Of a stretch of 64,000 nt of DNA, positions 26,720 to 40,468 are shown in pieces (position 1 is the stretch's first letter; each line of letters begins with the position of its first letter). Below the pieces are notes generated by a model. That model had not been told where the DNA came from. It worked only from the letters and a program-made list of their open reading frames with translations, and searched no databases. This DNA is from Epiperipatus broadwayi (Eukaryota; Animalia; Onychophora): NCBI GenBank assembly GCA_028023455.1, contig JAQFVV010000001.1, positions 10,540,001-10,604,000 of the forward strand. The letters are read 5' to 3'. The position numbers and the translations under genes are program-made.

Positions 26720-27900
26720 ACAAAATTGTGTACCCATTTCTAATTCTATGAATGCAATTTTATTCGAAAGTATTTTCATTATCATGATAGATATCCACTT
26801 TGACTTTAAGGAATCTCTGACCCAAATGTTATGGCTCACTGTGAATTCTTTGCATTCATCTGTCAGTTTTTATAAAATCACTGTGGGCTTAATAGTGATA
26901 GTTTGGTTCTTAGTTTCTGGCCTTGTAACTTTTCTGCTGATGAAATCCCTATTGATGCTACAGGTATAAAGTGATTAAACAATTCAAAACAAAGCAAACT
27001 CTCCATATAGTAGTGCCATCTTGTGCTAACAAGAGCAATCAATGGATGCCAGAAGGTTTGTGCATAAAATCCCTATCTAGTACCTACTCATCCAATATCA
27101 TGTGATGTTTAGAGGTATAAAGTGCTGGTATCACATTCCTGTCTGCAGAACTTCATAGACTTGCAGAGACTCTGACTTATTAAGGGCTTGCTGTAGCTGG
27201 TGTACATACTCTTTGGCTAGTCCATTTGATTCTGGATAGTAAGATGGAATGCAAATGTGTTTGATACCTTATCCATTCATAAAGTCTTTAAACTATTTTG
27301 AGTAAAACCAGAACCACTATCTGCAACTAGGGTTTCTGGGGTTCCATAGAAAGAAAAAATCTCTTGAAGAGGTGATAGTTTCATTGAATCTTGTATTTTT
27401 AATTAGTATATATATATATTCTACCAAATGAGAATGTGAATCAATCATAATTAAAAATAGATGGCCTATGAAGGACCCTATATGGCCCATGTAGACTTGT
27501 CACAGTTTACTTGCAATTGACCATAAAGTATATGTTTGTGGGTTCTGCATTTGACTGGTATTTTACATATGCTAGCTAAGTGGCCAGATTTTACACACCT
27601 CAAACAATTGATTTCTTCATTTTCATTTGCTTTATTTGATTTAATGATATTTATTTGATGTCATTCCACTATTGTTGTAATCTGAAACTGCTTTGATTGC
27701 TCCATAACTGCTTCATGAGTAAGACCCATTTTGATTGCTGTTTTGTATGTGAGGTCATTGACTGTCAGTAACTGTTCTCAGAGCCTCTCATTCAAAAAAT
27801 TGTTTTAGCAGGCTTCTAAATAATTTTCAAAAACACAGACTTTTGCTCATTGTAATGTAATAACAAATTCACTAGTTTTTTCATCTCAATTTTGTCTAAG
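26720..27900 (-). mobile_element. Internally deleted Ty3/Gypsy element (gag + integrase remnants)
   Basis: Minus strand: gag-like EQLLTVNDLTYKTAIKM, knuckle CLRCVKSGHLASIC (about 27570-27610), integrase FIGHLFLIMIDSHS, FYGTPETLVADSGSGF, YYPESNGLA, SSAEKLQGQKLRTKLSLL; interrupted at 26990-27095 by the repeat that forms the 19067 hairpin. Confidence 0.85.
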
Positions 27901-28139
27901 ATGGCTGGGGATCAAAATATTTTTTTTAAATATGCCATAGTAATGAACTTATAACTTGAAAAACATGAACCACAGAAAATGTCTCAGAAATCTCATTACT
28001 AACATTGTAGTGGTGCCCCTGACTTTTATGTTTTTCATGTATAAATGAAAATGATACAATTATGTGAAAATATATAGAATATACACATTCATTCATAAAA
28101 AAGTTAGTGTGTAACAGTTTGAATAAATAGGACAAACCT

Positions 28140-28570
28140 ACTGGAAATCAGTTGCTGTGTTATCTTTAGCAACAAGAGAATATACATGTAAATAGAAAAA
28201 TATGGGTGATTTAGTCTGTAAATTATGTAAGGAAGGAATAGAAAATATTAGGCATTTGTTAATTGAATGTAAATGCTTGAAAACAGAAAGGGCACATATA
28301 ATGAAATTATGGAAAAATAAATATGAAAAAAGTGATTATATAGAAAGTAGATTATTGTTTTTTATACTGGGTTTGTAAAAAGATAAGGGGGATTTAGATA
28401 TAAAGACTATAGAATTAACAAAGATTATGTTGTGGAAATGGGATGGAGCAGAATATGGAAAAACTTAGACTGAGGAATGTAAAGTTAAGTAGTTAACAAG
28501 TTTCTCTTTGTATAATTGCCGAGAGATTCTTGCCTTCGTTTAAGAAGAAGCTACAGTACATCACATCACA
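28140..28570 (+). mobile_element. 3' end of the (CATCA)n-tailed LINE family
   Basis: Closely similar to 11730-12110; ends gtacatcacatcacat. Confidence 0.85.
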
Positions 28571-28849
28571 TGTTTCTGGGTCCCTGTTTCATTCCCTTTT
28601 TCCTAGTTTAGGGAATTACATTTCTCTAAAACTATCCCTATTAAAAAGGGGAGCGTCTTAGTTCTCTTTTCGTATACAATCTATATCAACAATGTAATCA
28701 CAAGTAAGAATAATTTCAACTTTTATACAAATGCTATGTAAATATATGACAGCCACTGAAATTACAAAAGATTTCTACAGAGATTTTGCTTTTTAATGAA
28801 AATTTTCATTTCACTTAATTTTGTTGAATGATTGAGAGAGTCCGGTTGT

Positions 28850-29830
28850 TGGGATGACCCCCAGAGGCCTAAATCCTAGTTCTTTTGAAGGAAGGGGCTG
28901 GGATGAGGGCATTGTGGTGATCGTTACCAACATTGGTTTTTCTCATTCACAAGATAATAAAAAAATAACGTTATTTATCATGAATGATTTTCTCGATGTA
29001 TTATTGCAAAATAAGTTGCAGTTTGGCCTCATGATACTAATTGCAAGGGATTCACCTTATTTAATTTTATTACTTCCAATGTTGTTATTGATAGGGCTGG
29101 CTTTTTGCTGTTCATGTGGTTTTCATGATGGATTAGAATGGTTTTCAGCAGAGACATTTTGAAGCTTGGATTTTTTTTCCTTGTTCTCCATAATTTTTCC
29201 AAAATATTCGGGATTGCTCTCTTGTGAAGATATTTGAGGTCATTTGGAGGAACTGAACAGTAGATTGATTTAGTCTGTATTTTATGTTATCTCCAAGTGT
29301 TTTCCTATTTCTCAACTTATCTACTGCAAATTGGATTTCCCAATATTGTATTCCTAAAACACTATTCATATTTGATTTCTAGACTTTACAAATAATTCCT
29401 AATTGTACCTTTTAATTAAAATTTTCATTACAATCAACTTTGCTGATTGAATGAGCAAGTCTGGTTGTTAGGGGGGGGCAGAGACCTAAATCCTGGTTCT
29501 TTTGAAGGGGGTTAGGATGAGGGTGCTGTGGGAGCTGTTGCCAACGTTGATTTTTTCATTCACAAGAAGAAGAAAAACGCTATTCATAGCGGTTTTAGCG
29601 TTATTGTTATAAACGATTTTATCCAAGTATTATTGCAAAGTAAACCACAGTTTGGCCTAATGCTTTTAATTGCAAATGATTCATCCTATTTAAATTTATT
29701 ATTTCCAATGTTGTTATCCCCAAGTGTTTTCCTATTCTCAACTTATCCATTGCAAATTGGATTTCTCAATATTGTACTCCTAAAATGCTACTCATATTTA
29801 AACTCTAGACTTTACAAATAATTCCTAATT
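28850..29830 (-). mobile_element. Two tandem Penelope-like 3' ends (GIY-YIG C-terminus)
   Basis: 28850-29400 and 29465-29830 are direct copies; minus translation gives EHFRS.I..NPIC...NKFK*DESFAIKSIRPN, resembling the PLE endonuclease tail (E.L.I....P.LN). ORF-track entries 28854 and 29528 are their antisense frames. Confidence 0.55.
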
Positions 29831-30424
29831 GTAACATTCATTTGTCTTTAATGGTTAATACACACCCTTTCCACATCCCTTTTCATATGTATCCTTCCCC
29901 TTTCACCATGTTGCTCCTGAATTTCATTTTTATCATTCTTTGTAAACCTCTTATTTAACTGTATTTGTAAATTTGTTATTTAACTGTATTTGTACTTCTT
30001 TTTTTATGAATAAACTTTCATCACTGAAAAAAAAAATTCATCCAACCATATGAAATTTCTTGGAACCAATAAACAATTCTTGAAAAAACCTACATTATCA
30101 TTTTCAATATATTAAATAACTTATAAATCTTACAACTTAATCCAGAAACTACAAAAATGTTTACTAATAGTGTTATATTTGATTTAAAATCATTCTCTTG
30201 GACTGTAACTTACAGAAATATATTACAAAATAAAACAATTTATAATAGTCAATTGAAATAGCATGCATAAACAAACAAATGATTTGATTTTTTTTTCAAT
30301 AATAAAAGGCAATACAAATTCTTTTATTCTCGGTACTTTTATGCCATCCAATGTAAAATTTAGTAATTAGATGTTAGATGATAGTATTTAATAAATTCTT
30401 ATCCAATGTTGACCTATCCACACA

Positions 30425-30466
30425 TTCCCAAACTAGTGTCTAGCTTATGACCTTCATCAGTGAAGA
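30425..30466 (-). ncRNA. Minimal hammerhead-ribozyme-like motif, second copy of the 13781 family
   Basis: Minus strand: TTCA-CTGATGA-aggtcataagcta-GACA-CTAG-TT-TGGG; GAAA is GACA; flanks align with 13770-13825. Confidence 0.4.
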
Positions 30467-31074
30467 GCGTTTTGGATTTTTTTTTTTAACCTTGCACTTG
30501 AATCTTTTCAATCTGTTACACCGTCCCTCTAACAACCATTTTTTACTTTTTTTGTTATACTAGCAAGCTATCAGACTAAACTGTAAAAACATTTTAAAAA
30601 TCAAAGTTTTCTATATCAGTAGTAAAGATGTGTTTGTGTATTGTTTTTGTTATCGTAATTTTTTAGTAGGCAGAGGGGAAAAGCCGTTTCCAAAACCTTC
30701 TATGACATAATTCAATCCAAAAAAGAAAACGAAAGTTGATAAAGTCAAAATTTTTGGCCCTATTTTATTGGGGGGAGGGGTTTGAGAAAAAGTTTGTCGT
30801 CACTAAGACAAAAGTTAGGAAAAAGTTAGTTTCGGTTTGTTGTTTTTATTTTTAAAAAAAAAGAACAAGATTTTATTTTTTAAAAAAGGTAATACAAATA
30901 AAATGTAATAAAAAATTTTTTAAAAATAATCAAAGTTTCACTATATCAGCGGTAAAGATGTGTTGGGTAAGGAAAAAAAATTACAGACGTAATAGAAAAA
31001 AAACTAAAAGGTAAAAAAAAATTAGACATAGTGTGTAGAAAAAAAAATCGCTGGCGCGCCTGGTAACGTTATAT

Positions 31075-31900
31075 GTGATGTGATGTGATGCACTGTGACT
31101 TTTTATACGGAGTCAGGAATCTCTCAGCAACTATGCCCAGAGAAACCTTTTAGCCACTTTTACCTTCCCTGTCCAATTCCCCACCCTAAGTTTTCCCATA
31201 ATCTGCTCCATCCCATTTCCACAACATAATCTTTGTCAACTCCATGGCCTTCATATATAAATCCCCCTTATCTTTTCCCAAACCCAGCATAAAAACCAAT
31301 AACTCACTTTCTGTATAATCACTTTGTTCATATTTATTCTTCCATAGCTTCATTATTTGTACCCTTTCTACTTCCAAGCTTTTACATTGAATTAGCAGAT
31401 GCCTAATATCATATTTTTCCATTTATGTGTATATTCCTTTGTTGCTAAAGATCCCGTTTGAGCCCTAAACTACTTTCCTTACTTTTATCATAAATTAACT
31501 CACATGCAATGTTCCATTTACTTCTATATATATTTAAACTCTTTTTACTCTCCATACTAGTCTCCATCCCTCCAGCTCCCTATTCTTTATTAATGCGATC
31601 TATTCTTCTATCCTATTCCTAACCACTATAACACTCAACAATTCTTATAACACAGTCATCTCACCTTTTGTACAAATATACTGATATAAAATCTTGATCC
31701 ATATCTTCTGCATACTGCATTACCTTTCTCACCCATCTTGTTGCCTGCCCTTTACTCGCAACTCAATTAAATACTATTTTAGCTATTTTTTTATTATCCA
31801 TAAACTATAATCTACTGAACATTTTCATTTTGCTTTTTGCATCTCTCATATAAAAACTTGACCATTCCATTTCTCCTTGATTGTTTTTGCATAGCAACAA
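31075..31900 (-). mobile_element. Longer 3' fragment of the (CATCA)n-tailed LINE family
   Basis: ORF 31186-31422 (IRHLLIQCKSLEVER) matches the other copies; plus-strand (gtgat)n at 31076-31090 is the tail. Confidence 0.85.
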
Positions 31901-31949
31901 CACCATCAAGTAGGTGTGCCCTGCTAATGGACTAATTTACAGAATAGTC

Positions 31950-33500
31950 TGTCTTAAGATCCAGTACTTTCATATTTTCTTTATCATAATCATCAGTAAT
32001 CATTCAAAACAAAATGCAAAAAATTCATTCATTCTGATAATACTGCTTTGACTTAAATAAGATCATTTCATAAAATAGAAAAGTCAATAAGAATGAAAAT
32101 TTTTGAAAATATTTTTCAAAGACTGGGGTTTTATTCCTACTCTAATAAAGACAATATGCTCAATTTTTCATCTAATCATAAATTGTAATGTTAATGTGAC
32201 CTTTGCAATAATGAATAGAAATACAATTATATTCCACCCTTGGATCATAACCTAACTTATTTTCCTCATAGATTTAAATTTTATTTAATAGGAATGATCT
32301 CTTTGGAAAGCTGATTAGATTTGCTGGATCTTGAGATGCAAGTAATTTATAGATAGCTTCCTCAGCATTAATGTAAACTGATTTTATATACTGGGCTCCT
32401 GTTTGAAAAAAAGAAAATCTCCCAACTTAAACTTCTGGATAGTCAATTAAATATTATCTTGACAAATATTATATATATATATATTAAGGAACCTGGTATT
32501 CTTTCATAAATTCCTCTGGTAGATATCTGAAAAAAAGCTATTAAGTAGATCTTACTTGCCAATAACTTAGAATGTAGTTTTACCACTTAAAAGATTTCTC
32601 AATTCAAGATTCTCTTTTTTGAATTTTCAATCAAGAATCTATAATTGAAGAATTATGTTATGAAAGAATAAAATCCTTATGAGATTCAAATATTTTTTCC
32701 CCGGATCTAACAATAAAGTCAGATGAATTTGATCTTCATAGATATAATTGGAGTAACAGATTCAGGACAACCCATGGTTTTTAAACTTATCTGTATCAAA
32801 CACAGAATTTAGCAACCAGAGATCTATATAAATGTAGGCAAACATGTACTATAAAGCATATAGTCAATGACTGCTAAATCTATGGCTACAGTGTCAGAAT
32901 TGAAGGACTTAATAAAGCTACTAGTGAATTTTTCTAATAGTTGGAATCTTTATAGGTTCTTTTAACATATTTTATTAATAATTAAGGTTCTAAAAAAATT
33001 GTAAAATTTATATGCTAAATACTTGAGGTTGTCCAATGAAAATAGATCAATCATCTGCTCTCATTCTGTCAACTCCTTCAAGTTGGGAGCTTGGTTTTTT
33101 AGCAAATTTAACAATGTTTCTCACATTCTTTGAATATAGACTCTTGTATCAAATCAAATAATTGGGATATACTCTAATTTGTTGAACAATTTAATGCATG
33201 ATTTATTTGTTAAAATTGATGCTATTGCTTTCTTCTAATTTAAAAAAAAAAATTCTGCATTAGCTTTTTAACACAAAATAAAATGAAACTTTTTTCAAGA
33301 TTCTAGAATATGCAATCTTCTCACATGTTTAAAGAAAAAACTCAGGTGATTGATCTATCACTATAAAATTAATGTGAATTCTTGATATATCATCTACAGT
33401 TAAATAAATTTCTATGACAATTTTTCTTCTAAATTTCATTCAAATTTTATTACTAAATGACAAACTGGATATCTCATTCAACAATGATTATGATATTTAT
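31950..33500 (-). mobile_element. Highly decayed non-LTR RT region, clade uncertain (possibly R2/NeSL-like)
   Basis: Minus-strand KPSSQLEGVDRMRADDW and HLYRSLVAK segments resemble K.PG.D.I....W and LY+L...L of RT domains 0-1. Confidence 0.35.
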
Positions 33501-33639
33501 AATAATAATGGAGACTTGAATTAATATTGTGACAAGGTCAGGAAATTTAAGATCAAAAAAAAAAAAAAATAGCAAAAAAAAAAAAATGTATCATCGTAGA
33601 CAATTGTAAATAAAATATAGTACATTTTATTATACTGTA

Positions 33640-36600
33640 ATAGTTTACAAAATGGCAGACAACAAGATAATGAACCTAAGGAATGCAAATAATTTGGAAG
33701 AAAAAATTACACTAAATCAAGATTTGATTTGATTTTCTTTAGAATATCATGAAAACTGATGCTATATTAAAAGCTAAAATTGTCGAAAAAATTTTTAAAA
33801 AAATACATGAAAAATTAAAATCAAAATTGAACGTTTATAATATGTACATGCTAATTTCTATCTAATCCTTAATAGCAGATGATTTTAGATAAAAATAAGA
33901 TAGATGCTATCATAATACATCAATAGTGTAAAAAAAAGTTATCTGATGTATTTTTTAGTGCTTATCTCAATGATAGTATAGGCTGAAGTTACTAGACAAC
34001 ATGATGCTGTGACCAAACATTGCAATTTTAAGACTATCTGCTAAAAATGCAACAAGACCAGCTCTGTAAGTATATAATAAATATAATTAAATATTAGAAT
34101 TAAATCAAAGACAGAACATGCCAACATATATAAAAATGTCTACAGAAAATCCTATAAACATCAAAAGAACCTATACTAAAATGACAGTAAAAAATATTAT
34201 TTCAAAAACAGTGATATTAATGTTGTAAAAGAAAGAAAAAATGTTATAAGCAAAGGTGATAATGAAATCAATGAAAAAATGATAATTGATAATGAAGAAC
34301 TGCAATCAACTTTTGAAACACAACTGAAAAGAAAAAGAGCCAATATATAAAAAAAAATCAATATCTCCAATCAGTTATGATGATATCAAGAGAAAAATTG
34401 ATGAATAGTCTCAAATCATCTATACCCAAAATAAACACATAAGAAAAAACAAATTACACTCAAATAAATGTGAATGTTAGCAAAATTAAACAAATATTGG
34501 CATGAAGCATTTAACATGAGAGCTCCTAAGACATTTCTCTGTCCTTCATATTAAGATTGTGTTGAGACTCTAGGTAAAATAGCCTAAATTAATAAAATCA
34601 ATTGTTTCCCTTCTACCTTCAATTGTTTTTATAGGATAGTGTATTTAATGACAAGACAAAATAAAAGCTATGTTAAATGAAAATAAAATTCATTACAAAT
34701 CAAGACTTCAAACATCTATATGATTTGGCCTATAAACCCCTACCAAGGTATTACAAAATATTGATTCGGTCCTTGAATTAAAATGAGAAAAAGGCAAAAT
34801 AGGCAACAAGCTGTTCAAACAAATAGATTTGACTTCTGTTTAAAAATGAAAAAAAAAAATTTGATGAAATACTATAAACTATTATGAATGGAATATTCCC
34901 ATGCACAATACACATTAAAGGAGGGCTACAAGGCTGTTTTAAATGTTTAAATGCCAGGGAATATATTATTTTAGCTTATAAACAAATGTTCTACTTGTGG
35001 CCTTCTTGGTCTCAAGTAGTGGACAAAGGAAATAGATATTAATACTGAGTCACATAGTGAGAACTGTGATTTGTCGTTGAAAGGAGTCAATAATACAAAT
35101 GAACTGGAACAATTTTATAATGTTATTCTGACTAATGATTCTGATTTTAATAAAAATGAAATTAAAATCACAATAGATCAAGTAACTGAAACAAGTTAAA
35201 ACAATATTAATCTACCAATATCAATACTCCAATTAAAATCAAAAAAAAAAAATTAACAAACTCTCCTAGCACTTCAAATACTTCATTATCAGAAATATCT
35301 TTCTAGAATGCAAATAAATCATTCTTGAAAGACAACAAATAGGATAAAATAAAAACAAAAAGAATGCTATAATCAAAAAAAAAAAAAGGGGGCAAAATAT
35401 AAAAATGATAAAATCATTCTAATAACTCTAATGACATGGTAAAATCTTCACAAGATCATAAATATCTATATCTCATATAATGGTTATAATGATATAAAAT
35501 TTGCAACTCAACATAAAAGTATTAAATGCCCAGCCTAAAGATCATAAATTAATCACATTCTTTAATAAAAATATCTTTTGATGTATTAGCTATTATAGAA
35601 ATAAAATACAGTCAAAGTACAAATACTAATATTCTACAAATGGTACCTAACTATCAGTATATCATGCCTTTTGAATAATCAAACTGCAAGGAGGAGTTGC
35701 GATTTTAATAAACAAAGAAAAATATATTCGGATCAATAACAATACTAGAAACATCAGAAAATCAGATATTTCAAACATGAAAATTCTTGTTTATTTATTC
35801 TATTCATCCTAAAAATGAAAAGAAATCTGTAAAATAATCAAAGACAATACTAACAATCTGTCAAGCATTGTTGGCCAAGAGATCATCTCATCTACCTTGC
35901 AAGCAAGTTGTTGGTTGCAGACAGTTGTGGGTTCGCCTCCCGGCTGATGCTATGACATATGAAAAAAAAAATACTAACAATCTATAAATCATGCCTATGT
36001 ATTATAATGAGTGACTTTAATGAAGCACAACATTTTCCTAGGAAATTAAATTAATACCTACTGTCTTATAATATATATATATATATATATAGTAACCAAA
36101 TGAAAGGTAATAGTAGTCTGAATTAAATCCAATGGCTTGAGGGAAAAAAAAATTCTGATAAAATTAAACTAGTCATTTTAACTCTTTTATCTAGTTTTAT
36201 AGGTTTTTGATAAGTGAATATGGTCTATCAGGGTGCCATTAGATTAGCTAAACTTAGACAAAGTTATATTCTATACCTACTTATAGATGTACCTGGTTTG
36301 AACCCATTTGGTACCTTATTTATAACAGCAAATAGGATTTGGGATTTTAGAACCATATCACATTTGCACTAACATTAAGAAAAACAAAACATATCAGACA
36401 AAAATTATTACTTAGATTTTAATATCATAAATGCATTTCAACACTCTCATAAGTCTTTCTAGCTCATATCAAACACTGTAGGTTTATGGTGGCAATTCAC
36501 TCACCCTTGAGTGATGTTTGATGATCCTGATGGTGGTTATTATCTCATAATGACTCACAAGGGATTAACAAATACAGTGAAAACAATTACTTATCTATGA

Positions 36601-38900
36601 CCATTAAATGCATTTATCTAGATCATTGATTAAAAATATGATGATGATGATGATAATGATAATTCCAGCCACAGCTTTAGAACTAACACCTAACATAAAA
36701 TTTAGCTTTTATAAATTCAGAATTATTTGCCTAACATTATTATATTTAAATTAGAACTTAACCATTAATATTCAACAGTGATGATGAATGATCATAATTA
36801 ACAAAGCAAAGAATACTCTTAATAAAGATATATGCCTCTTTTAATAACACGAATTAACATTTATTACTGGACTAATAAAATATACATCATTATCCCAGTT
36901 AGCTTTAAGCACTATTTCACTTATTATTTCTAAATAATACATAAGCAATTTAAAAGTATTGCAGTTTGTAATGTTATAACTGACTATGTAAAGAGGTTTA
37001 TTTAAACTTCATTGTATCAATATTTCATACTCTGTAGTCAAGTTGCAATCTTTAAGTGTCCACATATATTCAATGGACCATAAGTACAAATGGATTTCCA
37101 TTCTTGTTATTAAAAGGTGTAAAGGTTACCTTGACAGCAGTGAGAGATATTGATTACTATTTTTACTGTGAATGTTTAGGTGGTTACTGGTTGGTATCTA
37201 ATTACATCATTATCCCAGTTAGCTTTAAGCACTATTTCACATATGTGACAGATATAAATTCATAAAATATCTGATATCTAATCACATGACAAACTTATTT
37301 AACTCATAGAGAAACCAGACATTAATAAGCAAATATTATTTATGATAATGGAAACCTCTAACACCGTAAGTCCACTTATGAATAAATTAAGACATATCAG
37401 TAATAGATATGCATGCTAAAATATTTGTTGGAATATTGTTAGATAAATTCAAACCCTTTCTTAGCACTGTCCATTATTCTATTTCTAGAAGATACATTCA
37501 TCAAGCAATATTGGCATAATGAATTAATAACACATGTGAATAAAAAGCCTATCTAATGTGAACTCAATAAAGATTGATTTCAAAAGAGCTTTTGACCATG
37601 TGGATCTGCATTATCTAGCTAAACAGATATCTAATATTATCCCAGAAACTCAACCCTTATATATTATAATAAATATATTCTAATAAATTATATAAGAAAT
37701 AGATCAGCAGCTATAAATAAAAATTGTAAGGCTCTCACTAATATTTTGTATTACAAAAGATCTTGCCAAGAATCTCCTCTATTCCTTGTTTTATTTTATA
37801 TCTATATTGATTCATTTTTGAGAGGTCAATGGTCATATTGATAAAATATTCATTCAATCCTTGAAAAAAAAATAAAGATACTTCCATAAGTTCTGATAAC
37901 TACCAGAAGAGTTGCTAATATTCTTACTATTGAGTATTGCTTTTTAAAAAATTTCACAAATAATTGAATCAATCATGTCAGGCACAAATCTTCAGCATGG
38001 AGGATAGTATAAGAAAGAAATATCCCATTAAGGTTTTCAGCAGTTCTTTCTAAATTTCTTGGTATCCCATTGTATGTTCAAATGACAGACACTGTTTTAA
38101 TTATGAACAAATTAATCACCAATAAATTCTCAAACAAATTATTATTTTTCAGTTGTTATTAAATGTCATCTGGAGAACAAAATTAATTCCATTCTTAAAG
38201 TTCTATTGGCATACTATGTATCATGGACTTGTATAAGCAATATATCAACAACAAAGATTAATAAACATAGAAACAATTATTTATGAGGATTACAATCTAA
38301 ACCATTAACATGCAATACACTAATGACACCCACAAAAACAGTGGCCTTAGATTTATTGATGCTAACTTGTTTATCCATTAATAAAAGTTAAGTCATTTAG
38401 CAGAATATGTAAAGGTTCTCTGTTTGGCATCAACTTTCCTAATTGTCAGCTATCTGGTTTGATAAAATTGAAAAAAAAAAAAAAACATTATACAAGATAA
38501 GATAGGGATTGGTCTACCTTGATACTAGAAATCAAATGACAGACTTCAAATAAGAGATAATGATCTATTAATAATGATGTATGCCAAAATTCAATAATGC
38601 TGTCAATTGCAAATTCTTTCTTTTATAAAAATATTAGAAAATATGTTGTTTGATGAACTATTGGCAAATATTGGCATTAAATTCCTTTTCGGTAGTTTCC
38701 CAACTACAATTTTTCTCAACAAATCTCACAGATTGTCTTTTGACACAATGTGTAAATTATATGGTCTAGCAGGAAAAACTTGCTCTGCATTAGTGATCAC
38801 TGTCACTTTTCCCAGCAACATAAGATAATCAATTTGCTAAGCATGATATTGATATCAAGACTTTCTGATTGGTGACAAAAAACAATAAAAGCTACATTAT
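33640..38900 (+). mobile_element. Decayed near-full-length L1/Tx1-like LINE with later insertions
   Basis: ORF1-like CFKC...CSTCG (34940-35000), endonuclease GGVAILI (about 35690), RT IDFKRAFDHV (about 37580), KFLGIP (about 38055), INSIL (about 38185) in order; 5' boundary uncertain. Confidence 0.7.
35860..35969 (+). mobile_element. Short tRNA-derived SINE with poly(A) tail and exact 14-bp TSD
   Basis: GGGTTCGCCTCC B-box-like motif, A-tail, aatactaacaatct at 35846-35859 and 35970-35983. Confidence 0.9.
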
Positions 38901-39859
38901 TTCTGCAGAGATTGATGTCACAAGTAAAATCAAAGCAATTTTTCAAAACAAATAGTGGTATTCCATTTAACAGTACCATGAATACCGGAGTAAGCAATTA
39001 TATAAACTAAAAGGTGCATGCCAATAAAAAAAAAAAAAGAATAAATATCTTGTCACATGGATTTTTTTAAAAGCATGGCATCTTTTATGACCTAAGTGAA
39101 ATGTAAGATTATTACCCCACAATCATTAATAGAACTATTTTCTAATACAAAAAAATATTCATGAGACATGCAAGAAAATAATGAACACCAGAACAAAATA
39201 GATTGTTTTGTTGTTACACATTAAAATGCTAATATTTAATTTGCAACACATTATTCGATTTGATATGCATAAATTATATAAATAAAATAAACTTGTTTTT
39301 AAAATAAGTTTCAATTGGTTTTATATTTAATCCTCAATTCAGATATTTTAAACTCAGGTTAAATGTGAAAATTCAAAAAATATAAAACCTATTTATAGAA
39401 ATAAAAATTATTCTATCAATAATCTTATTTTTTTAGTACTAAATAAAGTACTTTTAAATTAATTTATTAAAATAAAGAGAATGAGTATAAAAATTGTTAA
39501 TACTTTAAAATCCCCCCCCTCCCCACATACACATAATGAGAACTAGAGAGACCTTTATAAGGTCCATTTATAAAAGAATGGATTTAAAATGTTCAAAAAC
39601 TACTTTATCATTTCTAAACAATTTTATTACTTTTTAATAATGATACCAAGTAAAATACTATTCACTTTCTTAAATGTCAATGTTCTTTTAATGAAAAATT
39701 TCAAAAATAAAAGAAAATGTGATCAATAATAAAAAAATCCATTTATTAAAAAAATCCCACTTATTAATATCTTAATATCAATTGTAAGCACCATTACAAC
39801 ATATATATATATATGTGTGTGTGTGTGCTATAATACATCTGTCATCCAAATAAATATAC

Positions 39860-40430
39860 AGCAAGGCAAAGTCTCTTATAATTTTCTATCACAAGCATCT
39901 TTTTTATAAAAGTCCTGACCCTTTTTTGTTTTCTACACAAATTATGTTATTTTCCTGGAAAATGTTTCATGGGTTGCTGCTCAATCAAAATGCCATTTCA
40001 TTTGTAAATTATCTGTTTTACATCATGATCAACCAATTTCAGTTTTAATGCCTCTTCCCTTATAATACTATCCATAAGATGTGTATTTAAACTTTTTTCC
40101 CTATTATCCTAATTTGTTATATTAATACACAACTTTTTCCATAAATTTTTTGAATTAACATTTATCTCTATTTCATGCTTTTCAGATAGATGTTAGACCA
40201 GACAAAATATATTCATAAAAGCTTTCCTACCATCTGTAGTTCAACTTTTTTTCTCTCTCATTTTTATCAAAAATTATTTCCCTAAATCATTTTCCCTTTT
40301 TGACTCTAGTCAGAACATTAATTTTTATCAAATTTATTTTCAGGTTTATCTTTAAACTAGTTCCATTCCAGTATGTTTAAAAGCATCGGTTATTATTGCC
40401 AAAATAAAATAAAATTTAAAAATCACTTAT
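39860..40430 (-). mobile_element. RTE-like LINE 3' fragment
   Basis: Minus-strand GRGIK..W-like segment near 40045-40070 and similarity in character to the RTE tail at 22400-23250; weak. Confidence 0.35.
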
Positions 40431-40468
40431 TTTTAAAAAAAAATACTAATCACTTTATTTTATTTCAG

